IMG/VR virus record: IMGVR_UViG_3300018476_000013
Location: 1 to 64,000 of that record
Reading direction: 5' to 3' (one strand)
DNA from: a virus
DNA length: 64,000 bases
Of the stretch, positions 1 through 8,979 are shown in pieces. The position numbers and the translations under genes are program-made. Within the stretch, counting starts at the first letter, position 1. Each line of letters opens with the position of its first letter. A model generated the notes under the pieces. It worked only from the letters and a program-made list of their open reading frames with translations. It was not told where the DNA came from and did not search any database.

Positions 1-2454
1 GTCCGTGCCTTGCTCAACGACTATGACAAGATGCACGGCCGGATAAACGACATTGCCAATAGCCAAGGCCGTGCCGCTGGTGCTTTCAAGAATGTCATGG
101 AAGGACCACAGGCCAGCATCGACAAGATGCTGATGAGCCTTGACGCGTTGTCAAAAGAATTTGGTTTGCTGTTGCATACCCTCGGCGTTACTGAAGGCAT
201 CAAGGCACTCATTAAAGAATTCCAAGACTTGCGGCGGTTGGTTCTTGCCATCAAAGAAATCTGGGATGGTTTCAAGAAAGGTGCGTTGCCTGATTGGGCA
301 GATGACGCCATGTCCGACGCATTGTTCGGCAAGATTGGCGAGTCCTCAATACGCGACTCGCTGGAGTGGATGGCCAAGAAGATGGGGCGTGAGACCCGAG
401 CTTCTAAGAAGGCACGGGGAGCAGTAGAAGAAGGTGGAGGTGGCGAGTTTGGAGCGCGCTTCCAAGGTTATGAAACACCGGGACCATCATTCCCTGGTGA
501 GAAAGAAAAGGCGGCTGAAGATGCCAAGGCGTTGAAAGATGCCATGGAGCAAATGACGCCGGAATTTCAAAGGCAAGCAGAAGAACGCCGCAAGGAAAAT
601 GCTCTTCGGGAATTGGGTTCGCAGCGACTTCGCGAATTGAATGATGAACTTCAGAAGACCACTGGCAACATCAAGAAGATGTCCTATGGGGTTGATAAAG
701 GCGGAGACAAAGTAAGGGTCTTTGCTGCTCGACTGGACAATGGTGCCAATGCCCTTAGCGGCATGATCCACAATGCTTCCTTCACCACGGGTGGTGTTGG
801 TAGTGGTGTCGGTGGCAATGGTATGGGCGGCGGACAAAGCGCCGGACCGGCTGGCGGCTATGGTGGCGGCTCTGGTTACGGCAGCGGCAGTAGTGGCATG
901 GGTCAATCGCCTAACTCTGGCGGTGGCACAAGCGGTGGCACAAGCGGTGGTGGCGGTGGTGGCGGAAGCGCAACGCCGACCGAAAGTGGTCCTGGTGGTG
1001 TAGCCGTACAACCCGGCACAGTAGCACCTACACTGCCTCCAGAACTTGGTGGCGGCGGTACAGCAGCGGCGCCGGGAGGCGGCGGTGGTGGCGGTGGCGG
1101 CGGAGGGCTGTCTCGATCTGCCTATGACAAAATGTTTGCTGGCACACCGCTGGCGGGTCAGTACGACAAGGTTGTGGAAGAAGCCAAAAAGAACAACATC
1201 CCGCCAGCCAAGTTTGCCGGGATCATGGCCCATGAGACTGGCCAAGGCAAGTCAAAGATGCTTGCCACCAAAAACAACCCTGCAGGGTTGATGGACCCAA
1301 AGACCGGGCATCAGAAGGGAATGGAATTTAAGACCATCGGAGAAGGCATCGAATCTGCCGGCCGCAACATCGCCAAGAATTATCATAGAGCTGGCGGTGA
1401 CATGCAGAAGATGTCGGAGACCTACGCACCCATTGGTGCGAAGAATGATCCCGGTGGATTGAACCGGCACTGGAAGGCGGGTGTCGATAAATATTCACAG
1501 CAACTATCTGACGGCACCAATAATACGCAAGTTGCTGCTCTCGGTAATACGGGCGGTTCGATACCGGGTACTAGTAACAATTTGAATATGTCGGTCGACA
1601 AAGCCTTGTCGATGCGAGGATTGAACGAGTCCAAAGACCAAGAGCTGTTGAAACAATATATGAAAACTGGTGGCCGTGGTTTAAGCGGTGAACAGAATGC
1701 ATGGTGCGCCCAGTTCGTCAACGGCATTGTGAAAGATGCTGGAGGCACGGGCACTAATTCGTGGGCAGCCAAGTCGTTCCTGAAATGGGGCCGTGGTGTT
1801 GGTGCCGATGAAAACCTGATGAAGGGCGACGTCTTTGTCTTCAATCGTGGTCGTGATCCTGCCAAGGGTCATGTCGGTATGTACACTGGTAACACCAGAA
1901 AAAATCCAAAGACTGGTGAAACCGAATACGAAATGATCCAGGGCAACACGGGTGGAACGAAAGCCAATCCAAATTCCGGCGGCGGTCAAGTAGAGACGAC
2001 ATGGCATACTCGGGGGAGTGTCAGTGCGGGCATTCGTCGTGGTGAATTCCCGGCCGCAGGTGTCCCGGCTAATGTAGCCAGTGGCGGCACTGCACCAGCT
2101 TCTTCTGCCAAGATAGCAGCAACACAACCAATGCCGCCTGTGCAGCCGACAGATGACTCGAAGGTCGTCGCGCCCAAGGTAGCAGAGCCAGCAAAGAAGA
2201 ATGATGATGAACTTATCGCTCTTGCAAGTGGCGGACCCATCCGAGCTGGACAAACTGCTATCGTTGGTGAAGAAGGACCAGAACTTTTCCGTCCAGGTTC
2301 TAGTGGTCACGTCTATCCAAACAGCATGATGAACGTGAACATGCGTGTTAATGATAGTCATGTTCAGTTCGCTCGCGCGTCAATGCGTCGGCAGGCAGAC
2401 CGTGAGGTTCGCGAAGCACGATGGAATAGCTATTCAGATATCGGAGCGGCATAG
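1..2454 (+). CDS. Tail tape measure protein, C-terminal part (5' truncated), with glucosaminidase/lysozyme-like and NlpC/P60 (TIGR02594-like) domains
   Basis: Helical N-terminal part and Gly-rich linker; motifs AGIMAHETGQG..KNNPAGL and AWCAQFVN...GHVG...QGN; C-terminal ASGGPI...IVGEEGPELF; lies upstream of gpU/gpX/gpD. Confidence 0.85.
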   Translation, partial: VRALLNDYDKMHGRINDIANSQGRAAGAFKNVMEGPQASIDKMLMSLDALSKEFGLLLHTLGVTEGIKALIKEFQDLRRLVLAIKEIWDGFKKGALPDWADDAMSDALFGKIGESSIRDSLEWMAKKMGRETRASKKARGAVEEGGGGEFGARFQGYETPGPSFPGEKEKAAEDAKALKDAMEQMTPEFQRQAEERRKENALRELGSQRLRELNDELQKTTGNIKKMSYGVDKGGDKVRVFAARLDNGANALSGMIHNASFTTGGVGSGVGGNGMGGGQSAGPAGGYGGGSGYGSGSSGMGQSPNSGGGTSGGTSGGGGGGGSATPTESGPGGVAVQPGTVAPTLPPELGGGGTAAAPGGGGGGGGGGGLSRSAYDKMFAGTPLAGQYDKVVEEAKKNNIPPAKFAGIMAHETGQGKSKMLATKNNPAGLMDPKTGHQKGMEFKTIGEGIESAGRNIAKNYHRAGGDMQKMSETYAPIGAKNDPGGLNRHWKAGVDKYSQQLSDGTNNTQVAALGNTGGSIPGTSNNLNMSVDKALSMRGLNESKDQELLKQYMKTGGRGLSGEQNAWCAQFVNGIVKDAGGTGTNSWAAKSFLKWGRGVGADENLMKGDVFVFNRGRDPAKGHVGMYTGNTRKNPKTGETEYEMIQGNTGGTKANPNSGGGQVETTWHTRGSVSAGIRRGEFPAAGVPANVASGGTAPASSAKIAATQPMPPVQPTDDSKVVAPKVAEPAKKNDDELIALASGGPIRAGQTAIVGEEGPELFRPGSSGHVYPNSMMNVNMRVNDSHVQFARASMRRQADREVREARWNSYSDIGAA

Positions 2455-2474
2455 AATATATCAGGAGCAGCGTA

Positions 2475-3119
2475 ATGGCTAATTGGGTTCTGTTTCAGTG
2501 GGGGCCGATACAATTTCAAGTCCACCCGCTGAACGTCGGCGAGTATAGCCACGCCACGGCAGCCGACTGGGCCAAGAAAGAAATTGCCGGCGCTGCCATG
2601 TATCGGGAATGGGTTGGGGAAAGCGATGAAACCATCCAGCTCAAAGGCCGAGTATTCCCGCATTACTTTGCCCGCAAGTCTCGTCAGCGTAATCCAGAAG
2701 CTGCTAAGCCAAGCAGTGGTGGTCTCGGTCATCTTGATGTGCTCGACAACATGCGCCGGATGGGACAAGCCCATGTCTTGATCCGTGGTGATGGCTGGCA
2801 CTTCGGTTGGTTCGTTATCGAGTCCCTGCAACGGGCACACAGCCTGATTGCCCCGGATGGCATCGGTCAACAAATCGATTTCGAAGCATCATTCCAGAGA
2901 GTGCCAGTGCCAGATGATCCCGGTACGCAATCTGGTTATCTGACTGGCACAGCCGGACCAGCGTCAGGAACAGTAGAACCAACCCCCACTGAAACGCCAG
3001 TTGAAACGCCTCCGAACCAAGGTCAAGTCGTCCGGAAGGTTGGTCCTGATGGACAACCAATCGACATGTCTGATGAAGAAGCGCGCAGGCGTCTTAAAGC
3101 GGCAGGGGTTGGAATATGA
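2475..3119 (+). CDS. P2 gpU-like tail protein
   Basis: N-terminal WGPIQFQV...DWAKKEIAG...EWVGESDETIQLKGRVFP pattern; position after tape measure. Confidence 0.75.
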   Translation: MANWVLFQWGPIQFQVHPLNVGEYSHATAADWAKKEIAGAAMYREWVGESDETIQLKGRVFPHYFARKSRQRNPEAAKPSSGGLGHLDVLDNMRRMGQAHVLIRGDGWHFGWFVIESLQRAHSLIAPDGIGQQIDFEASFQRVPVPDDPGTQSGYLTGTAGPASGTVEPTPTETPVETPPNQGQVVRKVGPDGQPIDMSDEEARRRLKAAGVGI

Positions 3120-3208
3120 ATGAGGACCGAGCCATTTGGGCCATTATCCTCATGGCCCTCGGCTTGGTCCTTGTGCTTATAGCAATACTCACGTTGATAA
3201 GGATGTAA
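3116..3208 (+). CDS. Small single-TM peptide (30 aa, MNEDRAIWAIILMALGLVLVLIAILTLIRM)
   Basis: Read from the sequence; ATGA overlap with the upstream stop; fills the gap before gpX. Confidence 0.5.
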   Translation: MNEDRAIWAIILMALGLVLVLIAILTLIRM

Positions 3209-3209
3209 C

Positions 3210-3515
3210 ATGCCCGTAGGATCTTATGACTTGATCACTGTCAGTGGTGATTATGTCACCGTCGATCTGATCGTGTGGCGCCGTTACCGCAATCGCTCCC
3301 CCGGCATTGTGGAGCGGTTGCTGGATGATAACCCGCATCTATCGAAGGCCCATCAGTTCTCGCCGTTCCTTCCGGTCGGTACCCAGGTTCGTATCCCGAT
3401 TGATTTTGAAGTTCTAAGTGGGGCGCCGCAGATCCAGTCGACCGTGGTGTTGTGGGGTTCAACACCATCTGGAGATACGATGGTGCAACCAGCTCCAGTG
3501 GATAGGAGAGCATAA
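3210..3515 (+). CDS. P2 gpX-like tail/baseplate protein (LysM-like)
   Basis: TVDLIVWRRY...VERLLDDNPHL...LPVGTQVRIP. Confidence 0.8.
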   Translation: MPVGSYDLITVSGDYVTVDLIVWRRYRNRSPGIVERLLDDNPHLSKAHQFSPFLPVGTQVRIPIDFEVLSGAPQIQSTVVLWGSTPSGDTMVQPAPVDRRA

Positions 3516-4846
3516 TGGCTGAACACCAAGGACCAATGCGCCATGCAGCTTGCAGGATCATTGTCGATGGTGAAGATGTTACCAATCGAGTTGACCCTTA
3601 TTTGATTTCAGTCAAGGTCATCGACACGCTAGAAGGCGACTTCGATACTTGTGCTCTGGAGTTGGATGATCGAAACGCCCAGTTACAAATTCCGCAGGAC
3701 AAATCTCGGATCATCATTTGCCTGGGTTGGGACAGCACCGGACCTCGGCCTTATTCCAACAAACCATTCCTAAGCCAGCGGCAAAGTGAAGTCGAGGGAT
3801 TAGCAGAAGAGGCCGTGAAAAAAGAATTGCCGTTTGGTGGTCCTGGTTTGCAGATCGTTTTCTCTGGCATCGTCGCCCAGGTCGAGTCGGGTTTTACTCG
3901 GCGAGGTGGTGGCCGTCGGTTATGGATTGAAGGCACCTCCAATAATAACAAAGGCCCTGGCAAGCAAGTTCAGAACATGACCAAGGGCAAAGGCCAGGAA
4001 GATGATAGCAGTGGCGGCGGCGGCGGTGGCGGCGGTGGCGGCGGCGGTGGCGGCGACGGCGAAATCCCATTGCAGGAAGTGGCTCAAGCTGTCTTCCAAA
4101 AGGCCGGACTGCAACTCAAGTTGTCCCCGGAGATGTCAAAGATCAAACGGGACTTCTGGCATGTCAACGAGAGCGCCCATAACTTTGGGCAGCGGATGGC
4201 TGATGAGATGGGTGGCTATTTCAAAGTAGCCAACGGCACAGCGATCTTGTTCGGCAAGAACGAAGACATGGGTATGGGGTTCGTCGATGTGGTGTGGGGT
4301 GTCAACCTGATTGGCTGGCGGATCAAACCATTCTCCAGCCGCGCCCAGTGGGCGAAGGCCGAAAGTAAATTCTTTGATTTGTTCAAGGGTGCTTGGGATG
4401 GCGTGGAGAAAACTATCGGTGGCAGCACACCATTCGGCGATGCATCGGCTGCGATGAATTTCATTCAGCCAGTTGCCAACAAAGCCAACGGCGAACAGAA
4501 CAATGGTGGTGGTTCTGCTGACTCAGAGGCCCGCCGTGGCAATGGCTGGGTGCTACTGAATGGTGATCCCCGAGTGAAGGCTGGCGCCCGATTGAATATC
4601 TCTGGTGCCCGTCCCGGTGTTGATGGCACCTACCTCGTGACTGAAGCCGAGCACAACTATCAACGTGGTGTCGGCTTCACGACACGCTGCAACGTCGGTC
4701 AGCCCGAGCTGAAACCTGGTGGTTACAATTCTTGGAAGAAACCTGTGACGCCACCGGATACTCGGACCGAATTCGAAAAGCGTTTCCAAGGCGAGGACCC
4801 ATTCAAAGTCCCAGAAGTGGACCCGAAAGAAAAGCTAGACATTTAA
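3515..4846 (+). CDS. P2 gpD-like baseplate hub / late control D protein
   Basis: IIVDGEDVT...DTCALELDDR; NESAHNF; DGTYLVTEAEHNY..GFTTR; synteny. Confidence 0.8.
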   Translation: MAEHQGPMRHAACRIIVDGEDVTNRVDPYLISVKVIDTLEGDFDTCALELDDRNAQLQIPQDKSRIIICLGWDSTGPRPYSNKPFLSQRQSEVEGLAEEAVKKELPFGGPGLQIVFSGIVAQVESGFTRRGGGRRLWIEGTSNNNKGPGKQVQNMTKGKGQEDDSSGGGGGGGGGGGGGGDGEIPLQEVAQAVFQKAGLQLKLSPEMSKIKRDFWHVNESAHNFGQRMADEMGGYFKVANGTAILFGKNEDMGMGFVDVVWGVNLIGWRIKPFSSRAQWAKAESKFFDLFKGAWDGVEKTIGGSTPFGDASAAMNFIQPVANKANGEQNNGGGSADSEARRGNGWVLLNGDPRVKAGARLNISGARPGVDGTYLVTEAEHNYQRGVGFTTRCNVGQPELKPGGYNSWKKPVTPPDTRTEFEKRFQGEDPFKVPEVDPKEKLDI

Positions 4847-4864
4847 TTCAAACAGGAGAGACCT

Positions 4865-6439
4865 ATGACGGTCATCTGCATGTCATCCGGCCACGGCAAG
4901 TACGTCCGCGGTGCCAGCGGTTACCTCGATGAAGTCAATGAAGCTCGCCGAGTTGTCGATGAAACGGCACGGCTGTTGAAGTCGGCTGGTGTTGAAACGA
5001 AGATCTACCACGATGACTGGAGCCACAGTCAGAACGAGAACCTCAATCGGATTGTCAACTGGCACAATGGGCAGTCCCGCACGCTTGATGTCAGCATCCA
5101 TTTCAACGCGTACCAGACCACGACCAAGCCGATGGGCACTGAGTGTCTGTACCTGACCCAGAAAGACCTGGCAAAGAAAGTGGCTGACGGCATTGCTCGC
5201 GCTACATCCCTGCCCAATCGCGGACCCAAGTACCGGGACAATCTATTCTTCCTTAATAGCACTGCTAAACCGAGCGTGCTGGTGGAAGTTGTGTTCGTCG
5301 ATAGCGTGACCGACTCGGAAACCTATGAAGAAGAATTCGCGGCCATCTGTGCTGAACTAGCATCAGCATTGTCCGGCAAAAAGATTGGAGCCGAACCACC
5401 AGTTGATGAGATCGATGAAACTGAACCGCCGCCGGTGGTGGAGATCCCCGAGGAAGAACCTGGCCGGCCGACCCTCGGGATCGGTGATGAAGGAGACCAT
5501 GTTGTTCAAGTGCAGACTCTGCTTGGCGTGTTCCCGGCGGATGGAGATTTCGGCCCGATCACCGATGCAGCAGTGCGCGGTTATCAAGCGGCTTATGGCG
5601 AGGGTGTGACGTGTGACGGCATCGTCGGTCCAAAGACGTGGGCTGCTCTCGATTACCTGGAACACGCCAAGGCTTCCGGCAATGATCGGATGCCGGCGGA
5701 TCAAGCCCGACGCATTGCACAGATCGCTGAGAAGTCAGCCATTGCCAAGTACGCATGGAAAGACCGAGGCAAGTTGCCATTGGGCTACACTGCCGGCATT
5801 GCCCAGTGCTTTGGATTGGCTGCCACACGGTTGATGCAGGGTCATCCCATCGCGACCACCGCTGCCCAAGCCGATCGCAATAGCACAGACCAGGATGCGC
5901 TGACATGGTACCGCAAGCAATTCCAGGCTGCGGGAATGGATAACACCCAGGATGGCATTGACACTCTACGACATCTGTTTGTGTTGCTACTGGGCCTGGG
6001 TGCTCGGGAAAGCAGCGGCCGTTATTGTGAAGGCCGTGACATGAGTGCCGACAACGTCAGTGCCGAAACGGCGGAAGCATCATTGTATCAGACCAGTTGG
6101 AATATTTATTCGTGCTCGTCATCCATCCCACCATTGCTGAATGAATATTGGGCTAACCCCAATGGCTTCCTGCCGACGTTCCAGAATGGTGTGACTTTGA
6201 AGAAGGATGACCTCGGCAACTTTGGTTCTGGTGATGGTGCCAAGTTTCAATTCCTCTCCAAGTACTCGCCGGCATTCCATGTCTTTGTGACCGGGGTCGG
6301 CTTGCGTTACCGGCGGCAGCATTGGGGACCGGTCAACCGCAGTGAGGTCGAGATACGGACCGAGGCCGATACCATGCTGCTGGAAGTCCAACATCTGCTC
6401 AGTGAAGACTCTGCGGAGAACCCGGATGCAATGGCTTAA
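4865..6439 (+). CDS. Endolysin: Amidase_3 N-acetylmuramoyl-L-alanine amidase + PG-binding domain + additional C-terminal domain
   Basis: SSGHG, E(VNE), SIHFNA, LVEVVFVD amidase motifs; DGDFGPIT...DGIVGPKTW PG-binding repeat. Confidence 0.85.
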   Translation: MTVICMSSGHGKYVRGASGYLDEVNEARRVVDETARLLKSAGVETKIYHDDWSHSQNENLNRIVNWHNGQSRTLDVSIHFNAYQTTTKPMGTECLYLTQKDLAKKVADGIARATSLPNRGPKYRDNLFFLNSTAKPSVLVEVVFVDSVTDSETYEEEFAAICAELASALSGKKIGAEPPVDEIDETEPPPVVEIPEEEPGRPTLGIGDEGDHVVQVQTLLGVFPADGDFGPITDAAVRGYQAAYGEGVTCDGIVGPKTWAALDYLEHAKASGNDRMPADQARRIAQIAEKSAIAKYAWKDRGKLPLGYTAGIAQCFGLAATRLMQGHPIATTAAQADRNSTDQDALTWYRKQFQAAGMDNTQDGIDTLRHLFVLLLGLGARESSGRYCEGRDMSADNVSAETAEASLYQTSWNIYSCSSSIPPLLNEYWANPNGFLPTFQNGVTLKKDDLGNFGSGDGAKFQFLSKYSPAFHVFVTGVGLRYRRQHWGPVNRSEVEIRTEADTMLLEVQHLLSEDSAENPDAMA

Positions 6440-6612
6440 AGGAATTGCGGCCAAGATCGGGGCGGAGAAAATGACACAGTTGCTTGACCGCATTATCTGC
6501 CGGTTGTTTCACCGGCGTTTCCACACCGAGGCACCGGGTGATGCCGTCGCTGGCTGGCGGTTTATCCGTTGCAGCAAATGCAACGCAACGTGGCCGGAAA
6601 GGAAAATGCCCT

Positions 6613-6843
6613 ATGAACATCCTACTTAGCTTCTTGAACCTGTGCCTCTACATCGCGATCATTCTTTTGATCGCTTATATAATCTTGTGGGTGGTTCGGG
6701 ATTGGTTCAGCATTGCCATCGACGCCAACGTGATGAAGTTTGCCAAGATCGTCGTCGGGCTAATCTGCTTGATTGCCCTTGTGGTCTGGCTCGCTGGCGT
6801 GCTCGGAGGTGGTGTCGGCCTGCCGACCTTTTGGCGGTACTAA
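6613..6843 (+). CDS. Two-TM membrane protein, holin candidate
   Basis: MNILLSFLNLCLYIAIILLIAYIILWVV...IVVGLICLIALVVWLAGVL; downstream of endolysin. Confidence 0.55.
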   Translation: MNILLSFLNLCLYIAIILLIAYIILWVVRDWFSIAIDANVMKFAKIVVGLICLIALVVWLAGVLGGGVGLPTFWRY

Positions 6844-6909
6844 AACGAAACAGTCTCGAGTGGATGACCTGCCACCAGTCCCACCTGCACCGCCATCGAT
6901 TTGTAAAGG

Positions 6910-7011
6910 ATGCTGACCATGCTCTGGTTAGTGATTGGCCTGGTCATTGGTGCCAACGTCGGCGCGATCCTTGTTGGGATCGTCGCCGCCGGTGGTCGTG
7001 ACCTGGATTGA
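6910..7011 (+). CDS. Small membrane peptide (33 aa)
   Basis: MLTMLWLVIGLVIGANVGAILVGIVAAGGRDLD, read from the sequence. Confidence 0.4.
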   Translation: MLTMLWLVIGLVIGANVGAILVGIVAAGGRDLD

Positions 7012-7287
7012 TTATGCTACCTCGCCTTCATCCTCGTCTTTCTTGCCCCATCCGCCTATGGGTGGTGGGTTGGATCGTTCACAGAACAAGACATTGCTGA
7101 CGGCATCATGCTTGACATTGAACCACTTATTCTTATGAAAACCGTAGGCCGTAACGTAGCTCTGGAGTTCATCTGATGTGAATGGTTTCTTGCAGGTGAT
7201 GGTCCCGGTCTCCCCGATCTTCAAAGCTTTCAGGGCGGCGTGGACAATGACCGACATATCTTTCAGTTTCTGGGCTTCAGCTTCCAT
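7012..7287 (-). CDS. Hypothetical protein
   Basis: ORF with GGAG RBS upstream. Confidence 0.6.
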   Translation of the reverse strand: MEAEAQKLKDMSVIVHAALKALKIGETGTITCKKPFTSDELQSYVTAYGFHKNKWFNVKHDAVSNVLFCERSNPPPIGGWGKKDEDEGEVA

Positions 7288-7484
7288 ATGGTGGTCTCCC
7301 TACTGTGTTACCCTATATTGCCCCTGGAGGTGCCCAAATGACCCTGGAGGTCGTTTGGAACCCCAGATCCGAGCTCATTAGGAGCTCGCTGGTGCGGTTC
7401 TGGGAGGGGTCATGTAGGGTTATGACCCTATCTCTTTAAGACCACTCCCAGCACCGTTAGAACTTATTTAGTTCGTCCAAACTG

Positions 7485-7518
7485 GACCGGGCCACCGCAA
7501 GGGGTCCGGTCTTTTTTT
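7485..7518 (+). terminator. Rho-independent terminator
   Basis: GACCGGGCC..GGGTCCGGTC hairpin followed by T7. Confidence 0.6.
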
Positions 7519-7520
7519 GC

Positions 7521-7781
7521 CTAGCCCTTGCCGTTCATCTTGACCCATTTGCGCTTGAACCCAATGGCCCGCCCAGCGGCTTCGATGGTCGGGGATTGGG
7601 GCCGGCGGGTCTTGCCGAAGAACCATCCACGCATGGCGGCCTTGGATGGCCCGCCCTGTTCTTGGATCTTCTTCAGGTGATGACCAGTGACCCTGGCACC
7701 TTCAGCGTCTTCGATCAAGGTCCGGAGTTCGTCGATCACCGGATCTTTTGTCTTGAACATATACGCGCTGTAAGTTTTCAT
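7521..7781 (-). CDS. HTH (Cro/XRE-like) DNA-binding protein
   Basis: GGPSKAAMRGWFFGKTRRPQSPTIEAAGRAIG resembles the recognition helix and following turn of an XRE HTH. Confidence 0.6.
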   Translation of the reverse strand: MKTYSAYMFKTKDPVIDELRTLIEDAEGARVTGHHLKKIQEQGGPSKAAMRGWFFGKTRRPQSPTIEAAGRAIGFKRKWVKMNGKG

Positions 7782-8125
7782 CGGGGCACCAGCGTATAAA
7801 TCATCTTGCCGCCCTTGCCGGTTTTCTTGAACATGCCGGCAGCAATGAGGGCTTTGAGATAGTAACCATAGCTGGTTTCAGACTTGCCAACATGCTTGCA
7901 GAATTTCTTGATGTCGGCGGCCTTGAACTCTTTGGCTTTATGCTGTCGGGCATAATCCCTGAAGAGGTCTGCGATATCCCCACTGCCATTGGCCACGGCC
8001 TTGCCATTGCTGACAGCACCATTGACCACTGGCAATATCTTGGGATCACCCAAGGCAACACCAGAGAGGCCCCGAAGGGCCTCTGCCAGTTTCTTGTCGT
8101 CGCAAAAGAATTCGATCCGAAACAA
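7778..8125 (-). CDS. Hypothetical protein, possible C-terminal winged helix
   Basis: ORF coupled to its neighbours; C-terminal SYGYYLKALIAAGMFKKTG..YTL. Confidence 0.55.
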   Translation of the reverse strand: MFRIEFFCDDKKLAEALRGLSGVALGDPKILPVVNGAVSNGKAVANGSGDIADLFRDYARQHKAKEFKAADIKKFCKHVGKSETSYGYYLKALIAAGMFKKTGKGGKMIYTLVPR

Positions 8126-8602
8126 TTATCCCTCCACTCTGGTTTCGTGGTCCGCGCCATTGAGAGATGGCAGGACCTTGGCTGCAATGCGGGTACGGGG
8201 TGCCGGCGCTGGGATGGCCGGCGGTGGTTCAATGGCAATGGGGGTGGCAGCAATCTCAGCGACCACTGTGCTATCCATTGGCTTGGTATCCAGGTCAAAG
8301 ATCTGGCTTTGATAAGTCTGGAAAACACTGACGGCCCGATGGCAATTCTCAACATAGTTGCTGACCCTGGTGGCGAAGGCCTCGGTATGTTTGCGGATTT
8401 CAGCCGCCAACACTTCCGCTTCCTGACGCAACAGGGCAGTAGTTTCTTCCGCGGCTTCGACGGTCGCCATGATATCCTGGACGACCTTCTCGCCTGAATG
8501 CCGGACAGCATCACTGGTCAGTGCAGCAATCCGGGCATTGTCTTCTGCTTCTTCAGTCATTGTTCGCTCCTGGTTTTCTAATGTCACCGCCGGCAACGCC
8601 AC
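8126..8602 (-). CDS. Hypothetical coiled-coil protein
   Basis: ORF in the polymerase operon. Confidence 0.6.
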   Translation of the reverse strand: MALPAVTLENQERTMTEEAEDNARIAALTSDAVRHSGEKVVQDIMATVEAAEETTALLRQEAEVLAAEIRKHTEAFATRVSNYVENCHRAVSVFQTYQSQIFDLDTKPMDSTVVAEIAATPIAIEPPPAIPAPAPRTRIAAKVLPSLNGADHETRVEG

Positions 8603-8979
8603 GATCGGCCGCCATGGGTGAACCGCTTTCCCTTGCCCCGACAGATGTCGTAGGCAACGGTCCTCACCTTGCGCTTCCTCTTAACCTCCGGCGGCTCTGC
8701 CGGCATGATGATTGGAGGCACAATGGTCTGTGTCGGAACTGGTTCTGCTTTAACCTGTTCTGATCTAGCTAACAAAGCAGACTGGAGGGCTTCCATGCCT
8801 GCCTTCTTTTGTAATTCGATGACCCGGATGCTATCCGACTTCGGCAATGGTTCGCCGTCATATGTCGCCACTGCGGGTGAAGCCACAACCGGTTCTGTCG
8901 TTGATCGCATCACGCCAAGTGTCAAGACCAGGGCTATTGCGGCAGCCCCGCCGAATGCTAATTTGATATGCATATTCAT
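8584..8979 (-). CDS. Hypothetical membrane-anchored protein with C-terminal Cys pair
   Basis: N-terminal TM segment; ends DICRGKG..SWRCRR. Confidence 0.6.
   Translation of the reverse strand: MNMHIKLAFGGAAAIALVLTLGVMRSTTEPVVASPAVATYDGEPLPKSDSIRVIELQKKAGMEALQSALLARSEQVKAEPVPTQTIVPPIIMPAEPPEVKRKRKVRTVAYDICRGKGKRFTHGGRSWRCRR

Noticed and set aside
4012-4055. GGCGGY tandem repeats here and in the tape measure gene (about 800-1110)
   Set aside because: In-frame poly-Gly linkers, explained by coding
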